This document shows, piece after piece, positions 1-10,490 of a DNA stretch of 64,000 nucleotides. Made by a program: the position numbers and the translations under genes. The DNA comes from an uncultured Chloroflexia bacterium. GTDB taxonomy: Bacteria > Chloroflexota > Anaerolineae > B4-G1 > SLSP01. Location of the stretch: the NCBI GenBank assembly GCA_963751345.1, contig CAVVUS010000023.1, forward strand, positions 32,001 to 96,000, read 5' to 3'. The notes beneath the pieces are model-generated. The model was not told where the DNA came from and did no database searches. It saw nothing but the letters and a program-made list of their open reading frames with translations. Position 1 is the first letter of the stretch; each line of letters starts with the position of its first letter.

Positions 1-1597
1 TCGGGCTCGGGAATGTCCGTGATCAGGGCCTCGGTGCTCAGCACCATTGCGGCCACCGATGCGGCATTGAGTAGAGCACCCTTGGTGACCTTGGCAGGAT
101 CGATAATCCCTGCCTCGATCATATCCAGGTACTCGCCACTCATCACGTCGTAACCCATGTGCAAGTTACCGGTCTGTTCCTGCTTCCGGCGAACCTCGGA
201 GAGGATCACGGCACCATCCTCGCCGGCGTTCTCGCTGATCCTGCGAATCGGGGCCAAAAGGGCCTTGCGCAGGATCATGACACCGGTCTGCTCGTCGGGG
301 TAGGTCATCTCCAGGTTGTCCAGCGAGCTCACGGCATTCACCAGAGCAACGCCACCGCCGGGCACGATACCTTCCTCCACCGCAGCGCGGGTAGCGCTCA
401 GCGCGTCCTCGACACGGTGCTTCTTTTCCTTCAGCTCGGTCTCAGTCGCGGCACCCACGCGGATGATGGCTACGCCACCAGCCAGCTTGGCCAGCCGCTC
501 CTGGAGCTTCTCGCGATCGTAGTCGGAGCTGGAGTGATCCATCTCGACCTTGATCTGCTCGATCCGTCCCTGGATCATGCCGATCATCACCGTGACCGCC
601 CACGATGGTCGTGTCGTCCTTGGTGGCGATAACCTTGTCAGCGCGACCAAGATCTTCCATCGTGGCGCCGTCGAGCTTGCGGCCCTGCTCTTCGGTGATG
701 ACAGTGCCACCGGTCAGGGTGGCGATGTCCTCGAGCATTGCCTTGCGGCGATCCCCGAATCCAGGGGCCTTGACGGCCAACGCGGTCAGCAGGCCGCGCA
801 GCTTGTTGACAATCAACGTGGCCAACGCCTCGCCGTCAACGTCCTCGGCGATGATGACCAGGTTGCGGGCGCCCCGCTGTACCAACTTCTCAAGAATGGG
901 GACCAGATCCTGGGCTGCGGAGATCTTCTTGTCGTGGATCAGAACGTACGCATCCTCGATGATGGCTTCCATCGTGTCCGGGTTGGGTCACGAAGTAGGC
1001 GCTGAGGTAACCGCGATCGAACTGCATACCCTCGACATACTCGGTCTCGAACTCGAGGCCCTTGGACTCCTCAACGGTGATCACGCCATCCTTGCCGACC
1101 TTATCCATCACATCTGCGATGAGCTCGCCGATCTGACGATCCTGGGCGGAGATGGAGGCGACGTTGGCGATGTTGGCCTTGGTGTTGACCTCAATGGCGG
1201 TACCGGCGATCGCGGCTGCGACCATGTCGGCTGCTTCCAGAATGCCACGCTTGAGCAGCATTGGGTTGGCGCCCGCCGCCACGTTCTTCATACCCTCTTC
1301 AATCAGGACGTGCGCCAGCAACGTGGCTGTCGTGGTGCCGTCACCGGCGATGTCGTTGGTCTTGGTGGCGGCTTCCTTGAGTAACTGCGCTCCCATGTTC
1401 TCGAAGGGATCCTCGAGCTCGATTTCTTTCGCGACGGTCACGCCATCGTGCGTGATCGTGGGGGAGCCCCATTTCTTATCCAGCGCCACGTTCCGGCCCT
1501 TAGGACCGAGGGTGGTCACCACGGCATTCGCCAAGACATCCATCCCGCGCTTTAGGCCTGCGCGCGCCTGAGTACCAAATTGTAACTGCTTAGCCAT
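1..1597 (-). CDS. groL: Chaperonin GroEL (3' end outside window; apparent frameshifts near ~985 and ~590)
   Basis: [35 protein letters not shown], then [13 protein letters not shown] in the next frame; GGAGG RBS. Confidence 0.97.
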
Positions 1598-1661
1598 ATG
1601 TTATTCCTCCCGATACGATGTTCTGACCTTATACGTTGGTCGTTGTGCCTTAGCGATGCAA

Positions 1662-1967
1662 CTACCCTTCGAGGACACCAAGAATGTCATCAGCCCGCAG
1701 GATCAGCATCTCTTTGCCGTCGCGGGTCTTGAACGTGGTGCCAGCGTACTTTGCGAAGATGACCAGATCGTTTGCTTGCGGGCCAACGACGACGCCATCC
1801 TCGTTTGTGACCTCAACATCCGGGCCTACCGCCAACACCGTGCCCTGCTGGGGCTTCTCTTTGGCTGTGTCGGGGAGTACCAACTGGCCACCGGCGAAGG
1901 TCATATCTTCCTCGTCGTTGGGCTCGACAATCACGCGATCACCAAGGGGTCGAATCTTAACGCTCAT
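1662..1967 (-). CDS. groS: Co-chaperonin GroES
   Basis: KIRPLGDRVIVEP, LPDTAKEKPQQGTVLAVGP, FAKYAGT; directly upstream of groEL. Confidence 0.97.
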   Translation of the reverse strand: MSVKIRPLGDRVIVEPNDEEDMTFAGGQLVLPDTAKEKPQQGTVLAVGPDVEVTNEDGVVVGPQANDLVIFAKYAGTTFKTRDGKEMLILRADDILGVLEG

Positions 1968-2003
1968 ACCTTACCTCCGTTTTGAAAGTCAATCTGCAAG
2001 GTC

Positions 2004-2030
2004 TTAGCACTCGTGTTGTGCGACTGCTAA
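2004..2030. promoter_or_regulatory. CIRCE element (HrcA operator) 1
   Basis: TTAGCACTC-gtgttgtgc-GACTGCTAA, one mismatch to TTAGCACTC-N9-GAGTGCTAA, upstream of groES. Confidence 0.92.
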
Positions 2031-2041
2031 CGCTACAAGGC

Positions 2042-2070
2042 ATGATAACACCCTTCAGGAGGGTTGTCAA
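2042..2070 (-). promoter_or_regulatory. Sigma70-type promoter of groESL
   Basis: Minus strand TTGACA (2070-2065) N17 TATCAT (2047-2042). Confidence 0.8.
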
Positions 2071-2094
2071 GCAGTCGAGTGATGCGAGTGCTAA
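2068..2094. promoter_or_regulatory. CIRCE element 2, overlapping the -35 box
   Basis: Minus strand TTAGCACTC-gcatcactc-GACTGCTTG. Confidence 0.8.
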
Positions 2095-2221
2095 TTCTAA
2101 TGGGGATCTTATGGAGCAAGCAGCGGGCAGCTTTCAGTGGTCAGCGATTGCAGAGCCAACGGAATAGGAGTAGGAAGTAAGGAGCAGGGCAATGGAACCT
2201 ACTCCCAACTCTTGCTTGTCG

Positions 2222-2818
2222 CTAGATGCTGATCGCTTTCCGCACGGCTTGTACAAGCAATGCGTGTTCCGCCTCGTGGATGCGGGCCTCCAGCATCTCC
2301 AGCGTGTCGTCGGGAAGGATTGGGACCTCCACCTGTGCCACGACAGGACCGGCGTCGACTGCCTCATCCGGCACAAGGTGGACCATCACACCTGTGTGGT
2401 CGATCTCGCCGTGGCGATAGGCCTCGTAGGCACGGGCAATGGCGTCGGTCCCGGGGAACGTGCCCGGCAGTGCCGGGTGTAGGTTGAGGATGTGATCCGG
2501 GTAGCGGCCGATGAAGGCGTTACTCAGGATCTGCATCCATCCGGCAAGTACGACCCAGTCAACGTCGAACGCCTGGACGATTGCCGCCAGCTTCGCATCG
2601 TAGGCCTCGCGCGGGCGCCCGGCCTTTGTGTAGGGCAGAAGGGGAAAGTAGACCACTGGGATGCCGTGCTGAATCGCACGCTTGATGCCATAGGCCTCAC
2701 GGCGATTGCTGACTACGACGGCGATCTCCACCGTGGGAAGCACGTCGGTGCCCGCAGCGTCGATAATCGCCTGTAGATTGGTGCCACTGCCCGAGATCAA
2801 GACGGCAATCCGTGTCAT
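2222..2818 (-). CDS. purN: Phosphoribosylglycinamide formyltransferase
   Basis: RIAVLISGSGTNLQAII, VLAGWMQIL, LNLHPALP, VDAGPVVAQ. Confidence 0.96.
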   Translation of the reverse strand: MTRIAVLISGSGTNLQAIIDAAGTDVLPTVEIAVVVSNRREAYGIKRAIQHGIPVVYFPLLPYTKAGRPREAYDAKLAAIVQAFDVDWVVLAGWMQILSNAFIGRYPDHILNLHPALPGTFPGTDAIARAYEAYRHGEIDHTGVMVHLVPDEAVDAGPVVAQVEVPILPDDTLEMLEARIHEAEHALLVQAVRKAISI

Positions 2819-2852
2819 CTGAGGTTCGCTCCTTCGTCACCGGCCACGGCGA

Positions 2853-5160
2853 CTACCGGCCGACCGCCCTGGCGTCAAATGCCGGCGGCAGTGAGGCAAT
2901 CTGTTCGAGCCAGCCTCGATAGCGATCCAGTGAGAAGGGTGGGGTGCCCAGGAGATAGTGATTGCCAAAGCTAGCCCTATCTACCTCCCATTCGATCAAG
3001 AACAGGCGATGGTCGCTTCTCGACACCGGGATGGCTCCTAACAGGCTACTGCTATTGGCCGGGCTGGTAAAGGAGCCCGACAGGAGCATCTCGTTGGTAT
3101 CTGCGTCCCGCACGGTGTAATCACCGGCGTAATCCCTCCGGCTGTCGTTCCCTGCGTAGAGACGCACGTGCCATTGAGCCGGTTCGTCGATCATCAAGCA
3201 GAGCGGGGTCTGCGAGCGCTTGATGTAGGTATAGGCGAGCTTCTTGCCGAAGTAGTAGTCGACCACGGCGTCGGAGAACTGCGGCCATCCGTCCATCAGA
3301 TTCCACCAGATCACGCCTGTGCGGCGCCACTTCTTGAGCCTGGTCATCTCGATAAAAAACTTCTTGGCCTCGGCCTGCGAAATCTGTGAGGCGAGGATGA
3401 AGGTCTCGAGATCCTGGGGTTCGATACCGAAGAGTTCCCGGATCTGGTTGGCCATCAGCTCGACCCGGTACTGACGGCTGTCATCCTTACCTGCAGGCGC
3501 TGTGCAGTGCGTAATCCATTGGTCGTTGTCCTGATAGGGCCAGAGGTGCTCCGGGTCTATGAAACGCTGGATCGATGAGAGGTTGGGACAGCCGTGGTAG
3601 CCGATCTCGCTGACGAAGTGGGCCGTATGCTGGGTGTAGAACTCGCTCTTGTAGTAGTCCCTGGGACCCCAGAGGTGCTGCTCAGGCGTCAGGCGATCTC
3701 GATCCGGTTGCCCGGCTGCTGCCGGGCCGACGTAGGGTGAGCTGGGCAGGTAAGGGCGCGAAGGGTCAGCCTGGAAGACGGCCTCGGGAAGAGTTTCGCG
3801 CGTGATGCGGTTCTGCGCGGGGTCCTGGTAGAGCATGTCGCACTCGTTGTCCCCGCACCAGAGGGCCAGCGAAGGGTGGCTGCGCAGCTTACGAGCCACG
3901 GCCACGGCCTCGCGCCGGATCGCTGCACGGAACTCCGGCGTCTGGGGATAACGCGCGCACGCCATTGCGAAGTCCTGCCATACCAGAATCCCGTGGCGGT
4001 CGCAGAAATCGAAGAACGCGTGGTCCTCGTAGACGTTGCCCCCCCAGCAGCGGATCACGTTGCAGCCGAGGTCGGCTGCCATAGAGAGGATCTCCGGGAG
4101 GCGCTCTGCATCACGACTATGGAACGCATCGACGGGTACCCAGTTCGTGCCCTTACACAGAATTGGGACGTTGTTGACGCGAAATAGGAACTCGCCGGGA
4201 GTTTCCAGGCTGGTGGTCTCGGTCCGCTCCACCGCCAGAGTACGGATGCCGAACGTGGTCGTGCGCTCTGCCAGTACCTCGGCCACCCGAGAGCAATTGC
4301 ACCGTGGTGTCGTAGAGCGCCGGCTCACCATACCCCGCAGGCCACCAGAGCTCCGGGTCCGGGATGTCAAAGGTGAGGGTGCTGGCCTTGAATCTCAGGG
4401 GACGCATGACGTCAAAATCAGACTCCCCACAGCGACCTCGCACGCGCACGTGCAGGCCGAGCAGTCGCTCGGGTTCCGTCTCCACTTCGATGTGGAGACT
4501 CACCGTGGCCCGGTCCCGTGCCAATGCCTGGGTGGAAAAGGTCAGGCTGGCGATCTCGTGCGTGTCGTGGACCATCAGCGCCACGGAACGCCAGAGGCCC
4601 GCCGACAGGGCGCGCGGCATGATGTCCCACCCAAAGGAATGAGGGGCCTTCCTGAGCCAGAGCCGGTCCTCTCCGAAGTCCCAGGCTACCATGGAGGGGT
4701 CGTATTCGTGACGCAGGGCTTCGAGCACCGGAGAGCCCAGACGCACCGTCAACGTGTTCGGACGATCGGTCAAGAGACGGCCGGTCACGTCGAACCGGTG
4801 CTCAATCAGGGCGTTCTCGGAATGGCCCAGGTTCTCTCCGTTGAGCCAATAGGTGGCTATGCAGTCCGCGCCATAGAAGACCAGCTCGGTAGTAGGGTGC
4901 GCGGCCTCAGGTGGCGCGTCGAAGGTGCGCTGGTACCACCACTCATGGAGTTCGTACGGCGCCAGCAGGTGGATGTTATCGCCGTAGAAGGGATCCGGCA
5001 GCTTCCCGGCACGCACCAGGTCCAGCTCCACATTGCCGGGCACGCGGCATGGAACTGCGGCGTCGGCGTGGGCTTCCAGGTCGTCAGGCTGACGGATCGG
5101 GCTTTCGCGTTCGGGAAAGCTGAAAAGCTTCCAGGTACCGTCTAGCGAGATCTTTTTCAC
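2853..5160 (-). CDS. Glycoside hydrolase family 2, beta-mannosidase-like (frameshift ~4290)
   Basis: WLRKAPHSFGWDIMPR, LWWPAGYGEPALY, KGTNWVPVD, RCWGGNVYE, WQDFAMAC, LWCGDNEC, FVSEIG; no signal peptide. Confidence 0.88.
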
Positions 5161-5175
5161 CTCTGCCTCCTGCGC

Positions 5176-7524
5176 TCAGAGCTGCACGCGTGGGCCGGTA
5201 TTGTCCCAGGCGACGATTTCGCCAATTACAGCGAGTTCGGGTAGGGCGGAGAGCGCCCGGTCGACATCGTCCTGGGCCAAGATCAGCACGAGGCCGATGC
5301 CCATGTTGTAGGTGCGGTACATCTCCATCTCACTCACGTCACCGCGCTGCTGTATCAGCCTGAACAGCGGCGGTACCTTCCAGGCCGATCGGTCGATCCG
5401 CGCTCCTACGCCATCGGGAAGCACACGGGGCAGGTTCTCAATATAGGCGCCGCCGGTGATGTGGGACATGGCCTTGATCGTAAGGCCGGCAGCCCACAGC
5501 GTCTCCACTTCGCGCAGGTAGGGCCGGTGTATAGCAAGCAACGCCTCCCCCAGGGGCCGGCCCAGCTCCGGCAGGACCGTGTCCCAACCGAGATCAGCCA
5601 GAACCCCTCGCGCCAGAGAGAAACCGTTGGTGTGCAGTCCCGATGAGGGTAATCCAAGACATACGTCGCCGGGCGTGACGCTGCTCGCGTCGATGAGGTG
5701 GGCGCGGTCGACCCACCCAATCATCGTGCCGACAAGGTCAAAGGAGCCGGGTTGGTAGACGCCAGGCATCTCGGCGGTCTCACCGCCGATGAGCACGCAG
5801 CCCACAGCTTTGCAGGCTGCAGCGCACCCGCCGACCACAGTCGCCACTAACTCGGGCTCGAGCCGTGCTGCGGCGATGTAGTCGAGGAACATCAGAGGCC
5901 GCGCGCCCTGCACCAGGATATCGTTCACACAGTGATTGACGATATCGTGACCGACAGTATCGTAGACACCCATCGCCTCTGCGACCACGGTCTTGGTCCC
6001 AACACCATCGGTCGTGGCGACGAGCACGAGGTCGTTGGCCCTGGCGAGTTTCCCCACGCTCAACGATCCGCCGAAGGCGCCGATTCCGGTCAGGACATCC
6101 TGGGTGTACGTCTGGCGCACCGCGTCTTTCATCAGGGCTACGGCCCGTTCCCCCGCATCGATGTCCACCCCGGCAGCCGCGTACGCACTTGATGGTGAGG
6201 ACTGGATGGGACGGTACTGCGTCGGCGTTGGCGTTCGCCCGTTGACCAGCGCGATATCGGTACGATAGTGCCTGTCGTCAAACCTGATGTGCCCGACTGC
6301 CCTGTAGACGCGGTCGCGGGCCTCCGCGAGCGTCGGCCCCGTAGCAGTGACCGCCAGCACGCGACCACCGTCGGTCAGGATGCGAGCTCCCTCACGCCGC
6401 GTGCCGGCGTGGAAGATCGTGTCCGCGATGCGCGCCGCGTCATCCAGTCCGGTGATAGGTTTTCCCTTTGCATATGCGCCGGGATAACCTCCGGATGCCA
6501 ATACGACGCCCACGCTGTAGCCGGGTCGCCAGGACAGGGCAAGGTCCGCAAGGCGCCCGTCGAGGCAGGCGAGCATCACCTCTGCCAGGTCCGTCTCCAA
6601 CAGCGGCATCAGGAGCTGTGTCTCGGGGTCGCCAAAACGGACGTTGAACTCGAGAACCTGGGGCCCGTCCGCGGTCAGCATCAGACCGGCATAGAGCACG
6701 CCGACGTAGGGCGTACCGCGGCGCCGCATTCCGTCGATCACGGGTCGCAGCACGCGGTCGGTGATCTCATCGACAAGTTCGGGCGTGAGATAGGGGGAGG
6801 GGGCGTAACCACCCATACCACCGGTGTTGAGCCCCTGATCGCCGTCCAGTGCTCGTTTGTAGTCACGGGCGGGAGGCATCGGGACGACGGTGATGCCATC
6901 GCTGAAGGCCAGGAGGGAGACCTCCTCGCCCTCGAGATATGCTTCCAGCAGGACCCGGTCGCCTGCTTCGCCGAAAGCTCGTTCGACCATCATCCGGTGG
7001 AGGGCCGACTGCGCTTCGTCACGAGTCTGGCATAGGAGAACCCCTTTGCCGGCGGCGAGACCGCTCGCCTTGACGACGATCGGACCCTTGTGTCGGGCCA
7101 GGGCCGCACGGGCGGCCTCGTAGTCGTCGAAGATCTCCGCGGGCGCGGTTGGTATGCCCTCTCGGAACATGAATTCCTTGGCGAAGGCCTTGGAACCCTC
7201 CAAGCGGGCAGCCGCAGCGCTTGGTCCAAAGGCGCGGAGGCCAGCGGCCTGAAAGGCATCGACGACGCCCGCGACCAGGGGCACTTCAGGCCCGACGACA
7301 GTCAGGTCGATGGCGTGACGTGTCGCGAAATCCACGAGTCCGGGGATGTCGGTGGCCGCGACCTCAACGTTCTGCGCCAGAGCGAGCGTCCCTCCGTTTC
7401 CCGGCGCCACGAAGATCTCACGTTCGGGGTCCGGCCCCCGAACGCCATTTATGTGCGATGGCTGCAACAGCTTCCAGGCTAGGGCATGCTCTCGTCCGCC
7501 CGAACCGATGATCAGGATGCGCAT
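5176..7524 (-). CDS. purD/purM: Fused PurD (GAR synthetase)-PurM (AIR synthetase)
   Basis: N-half MRILIIGSGGREHALAW, KASGLAAGKGV, LEFNVRFGDPE; C-half YAAAGVDIDAG, TDGVGTK, GGETAEMPG, SSGLHTNGFSL, HITGG; one open frame. Confidence 0.93.
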   Translation of the reverse strand: MRILIIGSGGREHALAWKLLQPSHINGVRGPDPEREIFVAPGNGGTLALAQNVEVAATDIPGLVDFATRHAIDLTVVGPEVPLVAGVVDAFQAAGLRAFGPSAAAARLEGSKAFAKEFMFREGIPTAPAEIFDDYEAARAALARHKGPIVVKASGLAAGKGVLLCQTRDEAQSALHRMMVERAFGEAGDRVLLEAYLEGEEVSLLAFSDGITVVPMPPARDYKRALDGDQGLNTGGMGGYAPSPYLTPELVDEITDRVLRPVIDGMRRRGTPYVGVLYAGLMLTADGPQVLEFNVRFGDPETQLLMPLLETDLAEVMLACLDGRLADLALSWRPGYSVGVVLASGGYPGAYAKGKPITGLDDAARIADTIFHAGTRREGARILTDGGRVLAVTATGPTLAEARDRVYRAVGHIRFDDRHYRTDIALVNGRTPTPTQYRPIQSSPSSAYAAAGVDIDAGERAVALMKDAVRQTYTQDVLTGIGAFGGSLSVGKLARANDLVLVATTDGVGTKTVVAEAMGVYDTVGHDIVNHCVNDILVQGARPLMFLDYIAAARLEPELVATVVGGCAAACKAVGCVLIGGETAEMPGVYQPGSFDLVGTMIGWVDRAHLIDASSVTPGDVCLGLPSSGLHTNGFSLARGVLADLGWDTVLPELGRPLGEALLAIHRPYLREVETLWAAGLTIKAMSHITGGAYIENLPRVLPDGVGARIDRSAWKVPPLFRLIQQRGDVSEMEMYRTYNMGIGLVLILAQDDVDRALSALPELAVIGEIVAWDNTGPRVQL

Positions 7525-7552
7525 GGACAAACAGCTCCTTGTGGCTTCTGGG

Positions 7553-9010
7553 TTACGATGATAGCTCGAAGACTGCTTTGTCCAGTCCGCTCTCGACCGC
7601 GACCGGGTAGTCACCGCTGAAACAGGCCTGGCAATGGGAATTCCCGCCCTGGGGCACAACGCTGCGCAGGCCGTCCAGCGAGAGATAGCCCAGGCTGTCG
7701 ACACCGATCTGATCGGCGATCTCCTCGACCGAGAGGTTAGCGGCGATCAACTCGTCACGCGAGGCCATGTCTACTCCCATAAAGCACGGGAAGCGAATCG
7801 GGGGCGAGGCCACCCGCATGTGGATCTCGCGGGCACCGGCCTGCCTAAGCAGCGCGACGATAGGACCGCTGGTCGTGCCCCGGACGATGGAGTCGTCGAC
7901 CAACACGATGCGTTTCCCCGTCAGATCCGGGAGCGGGTTATAGCTCAGTGCTACCTTGCGGCGGCGCAGGCGTTCGTCAGGCTGGATGAACGTCCGGCCG
8001 ATATAGCGGTTTTTGATCAGTCCCTCACCGAAGGGAATACCTGCCTCGTTGGCATAGCCGATGGCATGAGCGGTTGCGGAGTCGGGAACGCCGATGACCA
8101 TGTCGGCTTCGATAGGGTGCTCCTGGGCGACGCGCGCTCCCATCTTCCGTCGCACTGAGTGCACGGACCGGCCCTCAAGGAGTGAGTCGGGTCGCGCGAA
8201 ATAGACGTACTCAAAGATGCACATCGCCGGCCGTGGGCTCGGCGGCGTCTGCCATGAGGTAACCCCTGAAGCGTCCAAGCGCACGATCTCGCCCGGGAGA
8301 ATCTCCCGTTCGAAGGTAGCATCGATGGTGCCCAGGGCGCACGACTCAGAGGCGACGACCCATCCGGTCCCGTTGAGCCTGCCGATGCACAATGGTCTGA
8401 ACCCCCAGGGATCACGCACGGCATAGACGGCGTCTTTCGTCAGAATCGTCAGAGAGTAGGCCCCCTGGGCCTCTGTCATGAAGTCGCGGATGCGTGCCTC
8501 CCACGTCTTCCCATCGGCGCCGGCAAGCATCTGGGTGATCACTTCGCTATCCGACGAGGAGACGAGGCCCACGCCATGCTGCAACAAGTCGCGACGCAGC
8601 GCGGGCGTATTGGTGAGGTTACCATTGTGGGCGATGCCGAGCGGCCCCAGCGCTGTCTCGATCAGGTAAGGCTGCGCGTTGGTCAGCCTGACGCTGCTGC
8701 CTGTGGTCGAGTAGCGCGTGTGGCCAATACTAAGGTTGCCACGCAGAACCTGCAGGTTATCCTCGTTGAAGACCTGGGAGACCAGGCCGAGGCCCTTGTG
8801 TACGTGGGCGATACCTCGCTCAACCGTGCAGATGCCGGCACTCTCCTGGCCCCGGTGCTGCAGCGCGTAAAGCGCGAAGAAGGTCATGCGGGCTACGTCC
8901 ATGCCCGGGGCATAGACGCCGCAGATCCCGCAGGCTTCCTTGGCTTTGGGCTCGTCGAGCGTCGGGTGTTCTGATGCAAGATAGGTGGGGCGATGCCGGC
9001 TGACGCTCAT
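7553..9010 (-). CDS. purF: Amidophosphoribosyltransferase
   Basis: EACGICG, LQHRGQESAGI, GHTRYSTTG, VLVDDSIVRGTT; ATGA overlap with purE. Confidence 0.96.
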   Translation of the reverse strand: MSVSRHRPTYLASEHPTLDEPKAKEACGICGVYAPGMDVARMTFFALYALQHRGQESAGICTVERGIAHVHKGLGLVSQVFNEDNLQVLRGNLSIGHTRYSTTGSSVRLTNAQPYLIETALGPLGIAHNGNLTNTPALRRDLLQHGVGLVSSSDSEVITQMLAGADGKTWEARIRDFMTEAQGAYSLTILTKDAVYAVRDPWGFRPLCIGRLNGTGWVVASESCALGTIDATFEREILPGEIVRLDASGVTSWQTPPSPRPAMCIFEYVYFARPDSLLEGRSVHSVRRKMGARVAQEHPIEADMVIGVPDSATAHAIGYANEAGIPFGEGLIKNRYIGRTFIQPDERLRRRKVALSYNPLPDLTGKRIVLVDDSIVRGTTSGPIVALLRQAGAREIHMRVASPPIRFPCFMGVDMASRDELIAANLSVEEIADQIGVDSLGYLSLDGLRSVVPQGGNSHCQACFSGDYPVAVESGLDKAVFELSS

Positions 9011-9477
9011 CGAGGGCCCTGGTCCGCGTCGAGGAGACGCTGCGCCTGCCCGGCTTGCGCCTCGCGGACCCGGTCCCGGAGTGCAGGATCGGTCAGCCCC
9101 AGGACCTTGGCGGCGAGCAACGCGGCATTTCGGGGCTCCAGCACCACCGCGGGAGCGACACCCGATGGCGTGCGAAGTGATGAGTAAATGTCCCCGCCGC
9201 TGAAGGTGTCGGAGTAGGGTGGGCACGCGATGACGGGTCCCTGCACGGCAGCATCGACCATCCCACTCAGCGCGTTGCTGCGACCTGCGACCGTGACGTA
9301 CACCTTAGGGTCGGGGTCCGCTTCGTATTCGGCCAATAGATCGAGGAGGTGGCGGGGGGTCTTGTGGGCCGAGGCGATGCGGGTGACCCAGCGGATGCCA
9401 TACTCCTCCAATGCATCGGTGATCTGCGTGGTGAAAGCCAGATCAGCCGGCGATCCCATAATGACAACTGCTAGCAT
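9007..9477 (-). CDS. purE: AIR carboxylase PurE, class II-like
   Basis: VIMGSPAD, SAHKTP, VAGRSNALSG, IACPP, DIYSSLRTPSG; GGAGG RBS. Confidence 0.92.
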   Translation of the reverse strand: MLAVVIMGSPADLAFTTQITDALEEYGIRWVTRIASAHKTPRHLLDLLAEYEADPDPKVYVTVAGRSNALSGMVDAAVQGPVIACPPYSDTFSGGDIYSSLRTPSGVAPAVVLEPRNAALLAAKVLGLTDPALRDRVREAQAGQAQRLLDADQGPR

Positions 9478-9503
9478 AGATGATGCCTCCGGTGGGGGCT
9501 GTT

Positions 9504-10460
9504 TCAGCAATAGGCCTTGGCGACGGCAGAGATCCGTGGCCCGGCAGGATACTCGCCCGGTTCGAAGCTCTGTCCCGTGAGGCCCTCGTAGAGAGCGACG
9601 TAGCGGTACGCTGCCTCAGCGATCACGCTGGCAGGCAGATCGGGGCGAGGTCCGTCCCCGCGATAGCCCTGTCGAGCATACCACAGGCGCACGTACTCCT
9701 TGTCCCACTGATCGGGCTGAGCTTCCTTCATCGTATCAGCCTTCCAGAACCGGCTGGAGTCGGGCGTGTGCACTTCGTCGATCAGCATCAGCGAGCCGTC
9801 GGGCGCCCAGCCGAATTCGTATTTTGTGTCAACCAGACAGAAACCTGCTGCCTCTGCGACCTCCTGGCCCCGTCTGAAGATGCTCAGAGCCGCCTGCTGG
9901 ACCACGTCCCACGTCTCGCGATCCAGCAAGCCACGTTCGACCACTTCGGCGCACGTGAGGCGCTCGTCGTGTTCGCCGGGCCCCGCCTTGGTGGTGGGGG
10001 TGATGATAGGCTCCGGCAGTGGATCGTTTTTCTCCAGGCCCTCCGGGAAGAGGTAACCGTAGATCTGGCGATGGCCGGCGTCGTATAGAGTCCAGAGCGC
10101 CGTCTTCGTAGAGCCCGTGATATACCCCCGGACGATGACCTCAACGGGGAGCGGGCGGCACGCCTGCACCAAGCTCATGTTAGGATCCGGAACGTCGAGC
10201 AAGTGATTGGCGACCACGTCGGCGGTCTGCTCGAACCAGAATGCGCTGAGTTGGTTGAGCACCTGGCCCTTGTAGGGAAGGGCGGCCAGGACAACATCGA
10301 AAGCCGACAGACGGTCCGTCGTGACAAGCAGCTTCCGCCGGCCCGGAAGGTCAAGCGACTCGCGCACCTTACCGCTCCCACGTCCATAGGGCCAGTCGAG
10401 ATCCAGGCTGACCAACGCCTGAGGGATCATAGCTTCCAAGGTCTCTCTAGGGAGCATCAT
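9504..10460 (-). CDS. purC: SAICAR synthetase
   Basis: GKVRE, TDRLSAFD, PVEVIVRGY, ITPTTKA, VDTKYEFG, IDEVHTPDSSRFW. Confidence 0.96.
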   Translation of the reverse strand: MMLPRETLEAMIPQALVSLDLDWPYGRGSGKVRESLDLPGRRKLLVTTDRLSAFDVVLAALPYKGQVLNQLSAFWFEQTADVVANHLLDVPDPNMSLVQACRPLPVEVIVRGYITGSTKTALWTLYDAGHRQIYGYLFPEGLEKNDPLPEPIITPTTKAGPGEHDERLTCAEVVERGLLDRETWDVVQQAALSIFRRGQEVAEAAGFCLVDTKYEFGWAPDGSLMLIDEVHTPDSSRFWKADTMKEAQPDQWDKEYVRLWYARQGYRGDGPRPDLPASVIAEAAYRYVALYEGLTGQSFEPGEYPAGPRISAVAKAYC

Positions 10461-10490
10461 TTCCCCTTTCGCGCGCAAGGTGTGCACAGG

